Virus record (IMG/VR): IMGVR_UViG_3300010282_000004
Coordinates: 1-64,000 of that record
DNA length: 64,000 nucleotides
Reading direction: 5' to 3' (one strand)
From: a virus
Taxonomy: Duplodnaviria; Caudoviricetes
Shown: positions 17,776 through 28,806 of the stretch, piece by piece
Numbering within the stretch: the first letter of the stretch is position 1
How the letters are laid out: each line of letters begins with the position of its first letter
Position numbers and translations under genes: made by a program
The notes under the pieces: model-generated
Database searches by the model: none
What the model was told of the DNA's origin: nothing
Seen by the model: only the letters and a program-made list of their open reading frames with translations

Positions 17776-19568
17776 TGCCAATTAAAAGTCGAATAGAGAA
17801 AAAGCCTATAACTGAAAAAGCGCAGAAAAAACAAAATACTGCGAATGATCAGAAAAGCAAATCAGATATCATTATGGAGACTGTCGCTGAACGAGCGTCT
17901 TATTATAGAGCAAACCCACACAGATTTGTAGAAGAGTTTATGGGTATAAAACTAAGACTCTTTCAAAAGATACTTATATATTGCATGATGGTTTATGACT
18001 ATTTCTTTTTTATTGCCGCCAGGGGCATTGGAAAGACGTACCTTGTTGGTTTGTTCGCCTGTGTTAGATGTATATTATTTCCCGGAACAAAAATACAGGC
18101 ATTTAGCCATACTTTTAAACAAGGTAAAGAAATAGTCATGAAAATAACAGACGACTTCATGCACAACTCTCCTCTCCTATGTAATGAAATATTAAAAACA
18201 AGTACTGGTCTGAATGAATGCGGAGTCTGGTTCAAGAATGGTTCTTTTATTCAAGTTAGAGTGGCAAATGAAAATTCAAGAGGTGGACGTGCTAACATTA
18301 TTATAATCGATGAAAGTCGTATGGTATCCGAAAAAATAATTGGAACTGTAATTCGTCATATGAATTCGTCACCAAGACAACCAGGATATTTAAGCAATCC
18401 AAAATATGAACATTTAAAAGAGATGAATAAAGAAATATATATGTCATCTGCTTGGTACAAATCTAGTGAAATGTATGAGAAGGTTAAGGCATATACATCA
18501 AATTCTTTGGATAGTTCAAAGAAATACTTTATATGTGATCTTCCTTACGAACTATCAATTGCTGAAGGATTGCTTATGAGGGAACAGATTGAAAATGAAA
18601 TGTCTGAAGAAACATTTTCAGATATATCTTTTATGATGGAACGTGAAGGAATATTCTATGGGTCAAGTGAAGATGCTTTGTTTAACTATAATGTTTTAAG
18701 CGATAGACGAACATTGCAGGATGCACTAAAACCACTTGATTATTATAAAGAAACTGCAACACAGATTCCAAAGAAGAATTTAAATGAAATAAGAATTCTT
18801 TCATTGGATATAGCACTTATGGCATCAAAGAAAAATAAGAACGATGCCAGTTGTTTTATATTAAATCAATGTATTAAAACAAATGAAGATACTTATGTTA
18901 GTAATATCTCATATGTCGAGACACAAGAAGGACTTGTTACCGAAGAACTTGGATTATTGGCTATGAGATATTTTTACCAGTATGATTGTGATTATTTTGC
19001 AATTGATGCAAATGGAGTTGGTCTATCGGTGGCAGATTTTATTATGGCACAAGATAGATTTGATCCTGTGTATGGAACTTTCTATAAAGCAATGAGTTCA
19101 TTAAATAATGATGAAATGAACGCAAGATGTAGAGTTAAAGATACAACAAAGTGTTTGTATATCATCAAAGCTAATGCGAAGATGAACAATGATATGTGTC
19201 TTGCTCTTAGAGCAGGATTTCAAAATGGCTATATTAATCTTCTGCAATCCGAAGTTGATATGGAAGATAAATGGTCAAATAAAATAAAAGGATTTAATAA
19301 ACTTACTGATAGACAGAAAGCAATGTTATATGTTCCACACTATCAGACAACATTCTTAATAGATGAACTTATTAACTTAGACCATGAAATAAACAATGGT
19401 CTTATTAAAGTTAAAGAAAAGTCTGGTATGAGAAAGGATAGATATTCTAGTTTGGAATACAACTTGTATGTCGTTGATCAGTTAAGGGTAAATAAAAAAA
19501 AGAAAAATATAGAAACAAGTAGTTTAGTCGACTTACTCCCCATTAGAAAGGGAATAAGGTTTTCATAA
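17775..19568 (+). CDS. terL: Terminase large subunit
   Basis: Walker A ARGIGKT, Walker B IIIIDE, nuclease LDIA...KDRYS. Confidence 0.92.
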   Translation: MPIKSRIEKKPITEKAQKKQNTANDQKSKSDIIMETVAERASYYRANPHRFVEEFMGIKLRLFQKILIYCMMVYDYFFFIAARGIGKTYLVGLFACVRCILFPGTKIQAFSHTFKQGKEIVMKITDDFMHNSPLLCNEILKTSTGLNECGVWFKNGSFIQVRVANENSRGGRANIIIIDESRMVSEKIIGTVIRHMNSSPRQPGYLSNPKYEHLKEMNKEIYMSSAWYKSSEMYEKVKAYTSNSLDSSKKYFICDLPYELSIAEGLLMREQIENEMSEETFSDISFMMEREGIFYGSSEDALFNYNVLSDRRTLQDALKPLDYYKETATQIPKKNLNEIRILSLDIALMASKKNKNDASCFILNQCIKTNEDTYVSNISYVETQEGLVTEELGLLAMRYFYQYDCDYFAIDANGVGLSVADFIMAQDRFDPVYGTFYKAMSSLNNDEMNARCRVKDTTKCLYIIKANAKMNNDMCLALRAGFQNGYINLLQSEVDMEDKWSNKIKGFNKLTDRQKAMLYVPHYQTTFLIDELINLDHEINNGLIKVKEKSGMRKDRYSSLEYNLYVVDQLRVNKKKKNIETSSLVDLLPIRKGIRFS

Positions 19569-19593
19569 AAAAAATAATTAGGAGGAAACATAA

Positions 19594-21138
19594 ATGGCAC
19601 GAACTAAGAAAGTTAATAGTGACACCTCCAAGAATACACCAAGTATTGCAGAGATGCGTGAGTTTTATGAGAAGAATAAAACCAAGTGGGATAACTTTGA
19701 AAGATTTAAAGAAGCTATTATTAATTTAAGAGAAATAAATAAAACTACAAAGTTGTCTACATCAATCGAAGCAATTCCACAAGAAGATTTAAAACGTTAT
19801 CTTGAGAACCCTACAAGCTATGAAAAGAAACTTAGAGATATATCAAGATATTTAGTTACACGTTCTCAAGTATATTATAGGCTAATCAAATATAATGCTA
19901 ATATGTTTGATTTAAATGCCAGATCTGTTATTCCAAATTATTCTTTAACAAAGACTAATGATAAGAACAAGATGAAAAAGAATTATGAGAACACATTAAA
20001 GATTCTTGACAAGATGGGATTGCAGTTTGAATTCTTGAAGGTTTTTGTTACTTGCATGATTGAAGACGTATTTTATGGTGTCGTATATTTTGACAAGTCA
20101 GTTAAAACAACACCAGCTATGTTTATCCTCCCTCTTCCTGCAGACTATTGTCGTATTCAAGGTTATTGGGAAAATGGTACTTTCGCATACGTATTAGATA
20201 TGTCTTTGTTTAACAAAAGACCAGACTTATTAGAGTTTTGGGGAGAACCATTTACAACATTATATAAGGAATATCAGAAAGATAATATTCGTTGGAAACT
20301 GATGCCACAAGAATGGTCTGTATGTTTAAAGTTTAGAAGTGAAGATCCTGAGACTATTCTTCCACCACTGCTTGGATTGTTCTTGGAATTACTTGGTCTA
20401 ATTGAAGCAGTTGACATTGAACATATTGCATCAGAGCAGGACATCTATAAATTGTTAGTTGCTACTATTCCACTTTTAAGTGGTGCTGATAGTCCAGATG
20501 AATTTGCAGTTGATCCTAAACTTGCGGTTCAGTATTTTAACAAGATGTGTGAAGCATTGCCAAGATTCACTGATGCTATTATATCTCCAATCCCGGTAGA
20601 CCATATTAGCTTTGATTCTGACAGTGTTGATGCCAACACAAATAAGGTACAGAATGCAATTAAAACTGTACTTAATACATCTGGTGGAAGTCAGGTTTTA
20701 TATTCATCTGATATTTCGTCAAGTTCTGGTTATGAGTTTGCGTCAATTGCCGATACAGAATTTGCTATATCTTCGCTTCTACCACAGGCAGAAGCTTGGG
20801 TTAATTTCTTTTTAAGTCAATATATTACAAATCCATGTAAGGTTAAGTTTTTTGAGATATCTGTATATACAAGAAAACAGTTTAGAAAAGAATTAATTGA
20901 GAATGCACAGAACGGATTGCCAATGAAGTTGGCACTTGGAACATTAAGCGGACTCTCTGAAATGGATATATTGGCATTAAACTTCTTAGAAGAAGATGTA
21001 TTGTCTCTTTCTGACAAACTTATTCCATTAAGTACAAGTTATACAAAGACTGGTGATGATGGTAAAAAGTCGGGTGGTCAAGAAAAAGATATTGACGACC
21101 TTACTGATGAAGGAGAAAAGACAAGAGATAAAAAATAA
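19594..21138 (+). CDS. Portal protein
   Basis: 514 aa directly after terL; helical; synteny. Confidence 0.8.
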   Translation: MARTKKVNSDTSKNTPSIAEMREFYEKNKTKWDNFERFKEAIINLREINKTTKLSTSIEAIPQEDLKRYLENPTSYEKKLRDISRYLVTRSQVYYRLIKYNANMFDLNARSVIPNYSLTKTNDKNKMKKNYENTLKILDKMGLQFEFLKVFVTCMIEDVFYGVVYFDKSVKTTPAMFILPLPADYCRIQGYWENGTFAYVLDMSLFNKRPDLLEFWGEPFTTLYKEYQKDNIRWKLMPQEWSVCLKFRSEDPETILPPLLGLFLELLGLIEAVDIEHIASEQDIYKLLVATIPLLSGADSPDEFAVDPKLAVQYFNKMCEALPRFTDAIISPIPVDHISFDSDSVDANTNKVQNAIKTVLNTSGGSQVLYSSDISSSSGYEFASIADTEFAISSLLPQAEAWVNFFLSQYITNPCKVKFFEISVYTRKQFRKELIENAQNGLPMKLALGTLSGLSEMDILALNFLEEDVLSLSDKLIPLSTSYTKTGDDGKKSGGQEKDIDDLTDEGEKTRDKK

Positions 21139-21151
21139 ATAAAGAAAGAAG

Positions 21152-21340
21152 GTGACTAAAGTGAAATATAATTTTATTCGCACTCAAGATCAAAAGATTT
21201 CTGATGTATTAAAGAAACAAGGATTTAAATTAATTGATGACAAGAATGGTTTTTTCACTTTTGTCAACGATAAAACTTTAAAATTTTCTGATGAAATTGA
21301 TACATCAAAAATACGTTATACAAATATGATTTGTTTATAA
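21152..21340 (+). CDS. Small hypothetical protein
   Basis: GTG start with RBS gaagg; lies between portal and protease. Confidence 0.65.
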   Translation: MTKVKYNFIRTQDQKISDVLKKQGFKLIDDKNGFFTFVNDKTLKFSDEIDTSKIRYTNMICL

Positions 21341-21441
21341 ATAGACACTATTGGCTTGTTAGCATCATATATGGCATTAACAAGCCACTTATGTCTATTT
21401 AATAATATAAATAACTTAAGAAAGGAGGTATAAGTCTAGGA

Positions 21442-22977
21442 ATGTCAAAGAAAATATTATTTTTGGAAGATTTATATAACTTCTATTCTAACAATTATAA
21501 ACGTTCTGTACATTATAGTGCTGATAAGACTGGATCTCCTATTGTTGTTCAGGCATTAGGCAGAATCAACTTTTCTGAAGATGATTCAAAGGAAGGTCTT
21601 ACGCCAGTTACACTATTGGCATGTCACACAAATGTTAATAGAAATGGGTCATGTATTAAAGAAGAAGTTATGAATAAAGCATTATCTTCTTTTAAGAATC
21701 GTCCAATTTTGGGATTCATTCATGTAGTAAATGACCAGTATGAATTTTATAGTCATAACATGCACGAAGATGATAATGGTGATGTTGTTTATGATGAAAG
21801 ACCTGTCGGTGTTATTCCAGAATCATGTAATGCACATTTAGTTGATGATGATGAAACTGGGAATTTATATGTTGAAGTTGATGGATATCTGTATGATGAG
21901 TACTCTCATGCTTCTGAAATATTAAAAAGGGAACAGGAATGTAGTGTATCTGTTGAACTTTATATTAAAGAACTCTCCTATGATTCAAAGGAAGGTGTAC
22001 TTGATATTGAAGACTTTATTTTCCAAGGTGTAACAATTCTTGGTAAAACTCCAGATGGAGAAGATGTAATCCCTGGTATGGCAAAATCAAATATTAAGTT
22101 AAAAGATTTTAGTGTTGATAATAGTATGTTCGCATCTATTAAAAATGAATTGAATGAGCTAAAGGATAAACTTGATTCGATTGAGTTGTCCTTCTCAGAT
22201 ATACAAAATTCGAAGGAAGGAGGAAACACTGTGAACGAAGAATTGGAAACAAAAGACGTTGAAGAAGTAACACCTGAAACTGAAGTTGAGTTTGAGGAAG
22301 AATCTGTAGACGAATCTGAAACCAAGCCTGTCGAGACATTTGATGATGATCCTGAAGACCCCGATCCAGATGAACCGGGCGATGAAGAAGATCCTTCTGA
22401 CGAAGATGATGATGATGAATCTGATGATGATGATAGTGAAGATGATTCTGATGATGACTCAGGTGACGATTCAGGTGATGATACTACACCTACTTATGAT
22501 GAGCAGTATGGCTCTGATGAAGATGTTAAAGCTGAACCTAAAAAGAAATTTGAAATCACTATTGGTGACAAAGTATTCGCATTGTCAATGCAGGATAAAA
22601 TCTACAGTTTGAATGAGTTAGTTAATGCTACTTATTCTGAAGTAGACAATACTTTCTACAACGTAATTGTATATGATGATTATGTTGTTATGCAGGATTG
22701 GTATTCTGGTAAATTCTTTAAACAGTCTTATTCTGAAGGTGAAGGTGTATTCAGTCTTGTAGGTGACAGAATTCCTGTATTTACAGAATTTGTAACCGAG
22801 GAAGAAATGAACTCTCTTAACGAGATGAGAGACAGTTACGAAGAGTTTAAACAGTTTAAAGCTGATTCTGAAGAAAAGACATACTTCTCTTTGGATGGAA
22901 GTAAAAATGTTAAAGTATTTGCTAACATGAACGGAACTTGTGATGGCAGATACGGTGATTTGTTTAGTAAAAGATAA
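21442..22977 (+). CDS. Prohead protease/scaffold (YonD-like)
   Basis: ACH..VNRNGS, SVSVE and GVTILG..PGM protease-like motifs, followed by a long D/E-rich linker and scaffold-like C-terminus. Confidence 0.75.
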   Translation: MSKKILFLEDLYNFYSNNYKRSVHYSADKTGSPIVVQALGRINFSEDDSKEGLTPVTLLACHTNVNRNGSCIKEEVMNKALSSFKNRPILGFIHVVNDQYEFYSHNMHEDDNGDVVYDERPVGVIPESCNAHLVDDDETGNLYVEVDGYLYDEYSHASEILKREQECSVSVELYIKELSYDSKEGVLDIEDFIFQGVTILGKTPDGEDVIPGMAKSNIKLKDFSVDNSMFASIKNELNELKDKLDSIELSFSDIQNSKEGGNTVNEELETKDVEEVTPETEVEFEEESVDESETKPVETFDDDPEDPDPDEPGDEEDPSDEDDDDESDDDDSEDDSDDDSGDDSGDDTTPTYDEQYGSDEDVKAEPKKKFEITIGDKVFALSMQDKIYSLNELVNATYSEVDNTFYNVIVYDDYVVMQDWYSGKFFKQSYSEGEGVFSLVGDRIPVFTEFVTEEEMNSLNEMRDSYEEFKQFKADSEEKTYFSLDGSKNVKVFANMNGTCDGRYGDLFSKR

Positions 22978-23000
22978 TTAAATATTGGAACGTTAATTTT

Positions 23001-23022
23001 AAAGAGCCAATGGCTCTTTTTT
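23001..23022 (+). terminator. Short intrinsic terminator
   Basis: aaagagcca-a-tggctcttt + T-tract. Confidence 0.55.
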
Positions 23023-23053
23023 ATTTTATCAATTTTAGAAGGAGGAAACTAAA

Positions 23054-23533
23054 ATGTCAATTAGATATACAATTGAAGAGCATGCCGCAGGCTACCCTAG
23101 CAAAGTATTGGCTAGAGAAGGCGGCAAACATATTCTCAACATTCAGTTGAAAGAAGATTGTGATAATACTTGGTTTGTAGGCCAGGGTAGTTTTGTAGAG
23201 TTGGATCTTTACGAGCAGGCAGCACCTACTACTCTTACAGGAGTTGTTCGTGGTCAGGCTGCAAATGGTAACTGGTATGTAGAAATTACATCCGCATCTA
23301 ATGCGTTTTTCGTATACCAGGTTCCTGTTATTGAAGAGGAATTCACAAAGGATTTCCTTAAGGAAGGTAACTTCTTTAATAAGCAGGGTAGCGTTGTAAG
23401 AGCATATGAGCTTGCTCAGTATGACGTTGTTGAAATTAGTCCTAAGGGCTTTAAGGGAACTGTTGCTGCTGGTGATTCTGTATCTCTTCAGGCAATCACT
23501 GGTGTTTCATATGCAAAGCAGCTTGGTGCTTAA
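23054..23533 (+). CDS. Capsid decoration/cement protein (YonC-like)
   Basis: 159 aa immediately before the major capsid gene; strong RBS. Confidence 0.65.
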   Translation: MSIRYTIEEHAAGYPSKVLAREGGKHILNIQLKEDCDNTWFVGQGSFVELDLYEQAAPTTLTGVVRGQAANGNWYVEITSASNAFFVYQVPVIEEEFTKDFLKEGNFFNKQGSVVRAYELAQYDVVEISPKGFKGTVAAGDSVSLQAITGVSYAKQLGA

Positions 23534-23557
23534 TTCTAGGAAAGGAGGAAAAAATAA

Positions 23558-24607
23558 ATGTTAGATACAAATGTTAAAAACTTAATGTTCGACCTTGGAA
23601 CTGGTCGTGCTATTTATGATGCTAATACTAATCGTAACATCTCTAATGCTGAGGCAGATGAAGTTGTTAGACAGGCATGCCATGAGCATCTTGGACTTAC
23701 AAAGGCTTCTACAAATAAAGAAATTAAAAGGGCATTGCGTTCTGATAATGCTAGAAAGTTTTTCGAGATTATTGAAGAGATCGTAGACGTAAAGATTGCT
23801 TATGGTCTTTCTGCAAATGAATTCTTCAACACTTTTGTAGAAACAAGAAATATGAAAGATGGAGACGCTAACGAGTTCTGGGTAGATCAGGATATTATTT
23901 TGACAGTAAATAAGATGAGCGGTGATCATCATTACGTTACAGTACAGAGACTTGCTGAAGGCCAGTCTTACCATGTAGACACCGCAGTTTATGGTATTAA
24001 AGTTGGTTCTGATATTCGTCTCTTCCTTACTGGAAGAAAGAATTGGAGTGACTTTATTGATGCAGTTGCAAAGGCATTCATCAACAAGGTTCAGACAATT
24101 ATTGCTACACAGTTTGCAAGTGGTGTAAACCTTATCTCTGTACCTTCTGTATTGACAGGTAACGGTACAATCGTAAAGGCTACATTCGATGCAATCATCG
24201 AGAAGGTAGCATCCGCTAATGAGAGTGGTGTTGTTATCATGGGTACAAAGACTGCTCTTAAGAACTTGACTGCTCTTACAACAGTTGATTGGGCATCTCC
24301 TGCTGCATCCATCAAGGAAGCAGTTGCTAATACAGGTATTATTGGTTCTTATGAAGGAACACCTCTTATGGAGATTCCTCAGAAGTTTACTGATAAGACT
24401 CTTACAACTCCTATTGTTGCAAACAACAAGATTTATATTATGCCTGCAGTAGACAATAAGTTTATCAAATTTGTTGACTATGGCGAGACAGAACTTGAAG
24501 TTACAGAGAAGGGTGACACAATGGATGATGCACAGTCTTATGAAGTACAGAGAAGATTTGGTGTATCTACTCTTATGACACGTTACTACGGTTTGTGGAC
24601 TGTATAA
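23558..24607 (+). CDS. Major capsid protein
   Basis: 349 aa; strong RBS aaggagg; highly expressed-style codon usage; G..G.Y.G.P..EIP motif; synteny. Confidence 0.85.
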   Translation: MLDTNVKNLMFDLGTGRAIYDANTNRNISNAEADEVVRQACHEHLGLTKASTNKEIKRALRSDNARKFFEIIEEIVDVKIAYGLSANEFFNTFVETRNMKDGDANEFWVDQDIILTVNKMSGDHHYVTVQRLAEGQSYHVDTAVYGIKVGSDIRLFLTGRKNWSDFIDAVAKAFINKVQTIIATQFASGVNLISVPSVLTGNGTIVKATFDAIIEKVASANESGVVIMGTKTALKNLTALTTVDWASPAASIKEAVANTGIIGSYEGTPLMEIPQKFTDKTLTTPIVANNKIYIMPAVDNKFIKFVDYGETELEVTEKGDTMDDAQSYEVQRRFGVSTLMTRYYGLWTV

Positions 24608-24647
24608 TTTCAAGTCTATAAAGGAATAGAAAGGATGATTTAAAACT

Positions 24648-25211
24648 ATGGCATATACAAAAAAGACTTCAACAAAAACTGTTGGAAGTAAAGTAAATAG
24701 TGTATCGGAAAATAATGATACAGTTAAAGAGGAAGTGGTAATTGAACCAAGAGTTTTTGAACCTACTGATTTGATTCCTTGCCGTTCAATTGTGAGCGGC
24801 CCTCTTTATATTGAAGGTGCTAGAACAAAGGCTCTTTATTCATGGGCAGATTATGATGATGTTCAGGATGTTGAATATCAGGATTTAATTTATATGGTTA
24901 GATCTCGTGATAATGTAAACATTTATTATCCAAGAATCATTGTTCTTGATGAAGAGTTTATTGCACAGAGTAAGGCTCTTACTGATTTATATAATAGTAT
25001 GTACACTACCGTAGACCTTAGAGATATTATCAAACTTCCAATCAGAAGAATGATTGAAGAAGTTGAAAAGCTCCCTAATGGTGCGAAGGAATCTTTAAAG
25101 GGAATCGTATCTACTATGATTGATGGTCATGAGTTGGACTCTGTACAGAAAATCAAAGCATTAGATGAAATCTTTGGTACAAAGAATTTACTTACTTTAG
25201 CGCAAGAATAA
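24648..25211 (+). CDS. Head-associated hypothetical protein (YonA-like position)
   Basis: Follows the major capsid gene. Confidence 0.6.
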   Translation: MAYTKKTSTKTVGSKVNSVSENNDTVKEEVVIEPRVFEPTDLIPCRSIVSGPLYIEGARTKALYSWADYDDVQDVEYQDLIYMVRSRDNVNIYYPRIIVLDEEFIAQSKALTDLYNSMYTTVDLRDIIKLPIRRMIEEVEKLPNGAKESLKGIVSTMIDGHELDSVQKIKALDEIFGTKNLLTLAQE

Positions 25212-25227
25212 GTAAAGGGGGTGTGGC

Positions 25228-25686
25228 ATGACGCTTCCATATGAAACAATTTTTAGCCGTGTTCGAAATAAAATTACTGATCCAAAAGAATTATCTTTGG
25301 ATGCAAATGATCTCATAGAAATCTACACAGAAAGGTTACATTCTGCCGTTGGCGATCAACGTGTTAGAACTCTCTTCTCTTCTATTTCACTTGATGATGA
25401 GATTCAGGAAATAACATATGAGATGGATATCTCAATTGATGAAACAACTGACACAGATTTTGTTATAGAGATGTTATCATCTGCTATTGCAATTGAGTGG
25501 ATGTTACAACAGGTTAATTCAAGATTATATACATCACAGATGATTGGTGGTAAAGAAGAGAAAAAACTTATAGATAATTATAAGCCTATGATTGGTAGAC
25601 TTGAATCAATGAGGTCAGAACTTTATAGGAAGATTCGTGATTACGGAACTCACTATAACTCATACTTGCGTGAAGATGAGGTCTAG
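25228..25686 (+). CDS. Putative head-tail adaptor
   Basis: Size, helical character and position. Confidence 0.55.
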   Translation: MTLPYETIFSRVRNKITDPKELSLDANDLIEIYTERLHSAVGDQRVRTLFSSISLDDEIQEITYEMDISIDETTDTDFVIEMLSSAIAIEWMLQQVNSRLYTSQMIGGKEEKKLIDNYKPMIGRLESMRSELYRKIRDYGTHYNSYLREDEV

Positions 25687-25688
25687 TC

Positions 25689-26048
25689 ATGGTTTATATA
25701 TATGGTAATTTTCAAAAAGAACAATTAGTTAAAACGGCTAAGAGCATGCACAATGAAGTGCATCGTTTGTTATTGTATAAGGACGATAAAATTGTAGATA
25801 AACTGTTTAATACAGACGAAGATTTTAAATCGTACTTTATAAATTTATTATATAGATTTGGTGGTTTAAATACCTTGCTTGGTTGCCCGGTTAAAATGGT
25901 TGCATTACTTTCAACCTTACAGGCAGCATATGATGTTGTCGACTCTGACAACTTTGAATTCTCTACATATAGAAAACTCATCTTGGATGCACATGGTTAT
26001 ATTGACCAAGTGTTTGCTGAAGGGGGTGAGGATGTATGCCGAGACTAG
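25689..26048 (+). CDS. Hypothetical neck-region protein
   Basis: Coupled ORF in the head-tail cluster. Confidence 0.6.
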   Translation: MVYIYGNFQKEQLVKTAKSMHNEVHRLLLYKDDKIVDKLFNTDEDFKSYFINLLYRFGGLNTLLGCPVKMVALLSTLQAAYDVVDSDNFEFSTYRKLILDAHGYIDQVFAEGGEDVCRD

Positions 26049-27295
26049 ATACTGCAAGGAGAGCTATTGTTGGTCAGTATAATGGTGCTAAGACTATCGG
26101 TCAAATCCATAAGGATACGTCAGATTTTCTGATGGAAGCTACATGGGATAATGATATTCAAACAAAAGAATGTTATATCTATGACTATAAGCATGATGAT
26201 AGTCCAACATTAAATAAAAACATTGTATACACAAAAGATACCACTAAAACAAAAATTTCAGCAAAATTTATCATAACTTCTTATGCATCTATGGATAAGT
26301 CACAAGTTGCATATCATCTTATGTTTAAACCTAGTGAGCAACTTGTGTTTAATGAAGGTGATGAAATGTACTATTATGAAACTGGATATAGACAGAGATA
26401 TTCAATGGAATTCCCATTGGGTATGTACGTTGATATCCCAGATGATAAAGGTGTATATTGTCGTTGGCTTATTGTAGATTATGAAGAAGCAAATCAGTTT
26501 ATGAAATATCTAATTCTTCCATGCGATTATAGATTTAATTGGATTCAGATAATCAATGGGAAGAAATATAAAAAGTATATGTGGGGATGTATTAGAGGTC
26601 AGGCAAGCTATACGTCTGGTGAATACTTAGACCGTATATTTACACGTCTTGATAATGTAGATAAATTTATGCTGCCTCTTAATGACATCACGGAAACATT
26701 TAACTACTCTGATGAAATAGGTTATCAACAGAGATTAGTTATTAGTGCAAAGGTTAAAAATCCTAATACTTGGGAAGTATCTAAGCTTGAAAACATTAAA
26801 CCTATTGGTGTTCTTCAAGTAACAGTTAAGCAAACACCATTTGATCCTGTTAGGGATTATATTGAATATGATGAAAACGGAAATATCACTGACATGTGGT
26901 GTGATTGGTTTACGGCAGATAAGGCAGACCCGGTTGACGTTGATCCACCTCCAAGACCTACAACAGATATCTTGTGTGAATTAGCAGTCTCCTCTCCTAC
27001 TATCAAAGTAAATGGAAGTTATAGAACTGTAACTGCCACCTATACTCTGGATGGAGAAGACGTGTCAGACGAATGTGCTGGATACCCACATGAATGGCGG
27101 TTCTATGTTGATGATTTTGACGAAGAAAATCGTATTGACCAATTGCTTACAATTAAAGATACTGATAATCCTAACATTATTAAGATTAAATTTGCTAATG
27201 ATCGTGACTATATTGGTAGAAGAATTTTGATTAATCTTAATACTAACGTACATGTACATGGGTGGTTAGCTACACCACTTACAATAATCGGATAA
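26036..27295 (+). CDS. Putative head-closure/neck protein with C-terminal Ig-like domain
   Basis: Position; Pro-rich linker (DPVDVDPPPRP) then beta-rich C-terminus. Confidence 0.55.
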   Translation: MPRLDTARRAIVGQYNGAKTIGQIHKDTSDFLMEATWDNDIQTKECYIYDYKHDDSPTLNKNIVYTKDTTKTKISAKFIITSYASMDKSQVAYHLMFKPSEQLVFNEGDEMYYYETGYRQRYSMEFPLGMYVDIPDDKGVYCRWLIVDYEEANQFMKYLILPCDYRFNWIQIINGKKYKKYMWGCIRGQASYTSGEYLDRIFTRLDNVDKFMLPLNDITETFNYSDEIGYQQRLVISAKVKNPNTWEVSKLENIKPIGVLQVTVKQTPFDPVRDYIEYDENGNITDMWCDWFTADKADPVDVDPPPRPTTDILCELAVSSPTIKVNGSYRTVTATYTLDGEDVSDECAGYPHEWRFYVDDFDEENRIDQLLTIKDTDNPNIIKIKFANDRDYIGRRILINLNTNVHVHGWLATPLTIIG

Positions 27296-27310
27296 GGAAG
27301 GAGATATAAT

Positions 27311-27955
27311 ATGGAACTTGTTACAAAAGCAGATCTTTTGGAAAGACTGAGATTATTCTCCGACTGTCCCGATGATGATAATATAATTGTTAAACAGAAA
27401 ATTGAGAATGCACTTATGCAATGTCCAGAAATACTTTATGCAATTAATGAACGTTCTCTTGAAGGTGAACTCTTTAATAAAGACGGAACTATTAATTATG
27501 ATGGAGAATGGGATAGGTATTTTACTACTGCATATAACGAAGGAAATTTTAGACCATATCTATTTGTGCCATCCGTTCAGGATGAGGTTAAGAATTATGT
27601 ATGTTATCAATCGCACTTCGAGGAAACACCAAGATATAATGGTGTTGAGAAGTATTGTCTAATAACATTTACTATATTCGTACACTCAGACCATAGAATT
27701 GATGAGGACACTGGTATTCCAAGACATGATCTAATTGGTGCAATTATTAAGGATCAGTTTAATTGGACTAATATATTCGGTACTCAATGTAAAGTAGTAT
27801 CAGATAGAGAGATGACTACTGATGCTAAGTATCTTTGCAGAACGATTGTATTACAGTTTACTATGCCTAATAGTATTGTTCAAACAAATCTTTATAAAGA
27901 TAACGGTACTAAGAGGAAAGTAACAAGCACTATCAATAGTTTGGGAAGGATGTGA
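27311..27955 (+). CDS. Putative tail terminator/completion protein
   Basis: Position; ITFTIFVH...RHDLI pattern. Confidence 0.55.
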   Translation: MELVTKADLLERLRLFSDCPDDDNIIVKQKIENALMQCPEILYAINERSLEGELFNKDGTINYDGEWDRYFTTAYNEGNFRPYLFVPSVQDEVKNYVCYQSHFEETPRYNGVEKYCLITFTIFVHSDHRIDEDTGIPRHDLIGAIIKDQFNWTNIFGTQCKVVSDREMTTDAKYLCRTIVLQFTMPNSIVQTNLYKDNGTKRKVTSTINSLGRM

Positions 27956-27956
27956 T

Positions 27957-28781
27957 TTGATGGATATTCAGACACAAGGACTCCTGGACTTTGATGAATT
28001 AAAAATCTACTTCGGAGATGACTACTACCCTACTCCAAAAATTAAAATCACACAACCTACTGTTGGTCAGATTAAAGATTTTGGAGACTCTGATTTTTAT
28101 TCTATGGTATCAACACTCTGTTCTAATCCAACTGCATTTAGATTGCAGTTATGGGATATGGGAATTGATTGGTGTAAGATGCCGGACTTTGATTTGTTCA
28201 AGCTTCTTATTAAAAACTATACTCCTGCAGACACTGGACTGCTATTTGGAGATTTAAACCTTTCATGGTTCGAAGAGTTTCACGACAATCAAGCTGATTG
28301 TAATGTATTAGTTTATATTCCTAGAGACGAGGATGGTAATCCTGTTGAACTTAAGTTTGAATCGTTAAATGATTTAATAACTATTTATGAAACAGATTAT
28401 ATTAAACTTGTTGAATATTTGAGATATATGTTTAATATCCATCCTAAAACAGAAAAGGCAAAAGGTCGTGCTACAAAAGAGTTTATGATTGAAGAAGAAC
28501 GAATGAACCTTGAGTTTGAAAAGGCAAAAAAGAAAGATGGTGGCGTAAAGAAATCATTTCTACTCCCACTTATTTCTTCGCTGGTTAATCATCCAGGTTT
28601 TAAATATAAAAAAAATGAAATATTAGATATGGGTATTGTAGAATTTATGGACTCTGTTCGTAGATTACAAACATACGAGAGTACTACTGCTCTTATGAAG
28701 GGCATATACTCTGGTATGGTGGATGCTTCTAAGATTAATTTAGAAAAAGAGCTTAATTGGATGAAGGATCTTAATGAATAA
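27957..28781 (+). CDS. Conserved tail-region hypothetical protein
   Basis: Coupled ORF before the tail tube gene. Confidence 0.6.
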   Translation: MMDIQTQGLLDFDELKIYFGDDYYPTPKIKITQPTVGQIKDFGDSDFYSMVSTLCSNPTAFRLQLWDMGIDWCKMPDFDLFKLLIKNYTPADTGLLFGDLNLSWFEEFHDNQADCNVLVYIPRDEDGNPVELKFESLNDLITIYETDYIKLVEYLRYMFNIHPKTEKAKGRATKEFMIEEERMNLEFEKAKKKDGGVKKSFLLPLISSLVNHPGFKYKKNEILDMGIVEFMDSVRRLQTYESTTALMKGIYSGMVDASKINLEKELNWMKDLNE

Positions 28782-28806
28782 CAATTGAATATGTAACTAT
28801 AAAATA

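Noticed and set aside
23582-24613. 343-aa minus-strand ORF
   Set aside because: Exact antisense shadow of the major capsid gene, explained by its codon bias; no RBS or protein-like composition.
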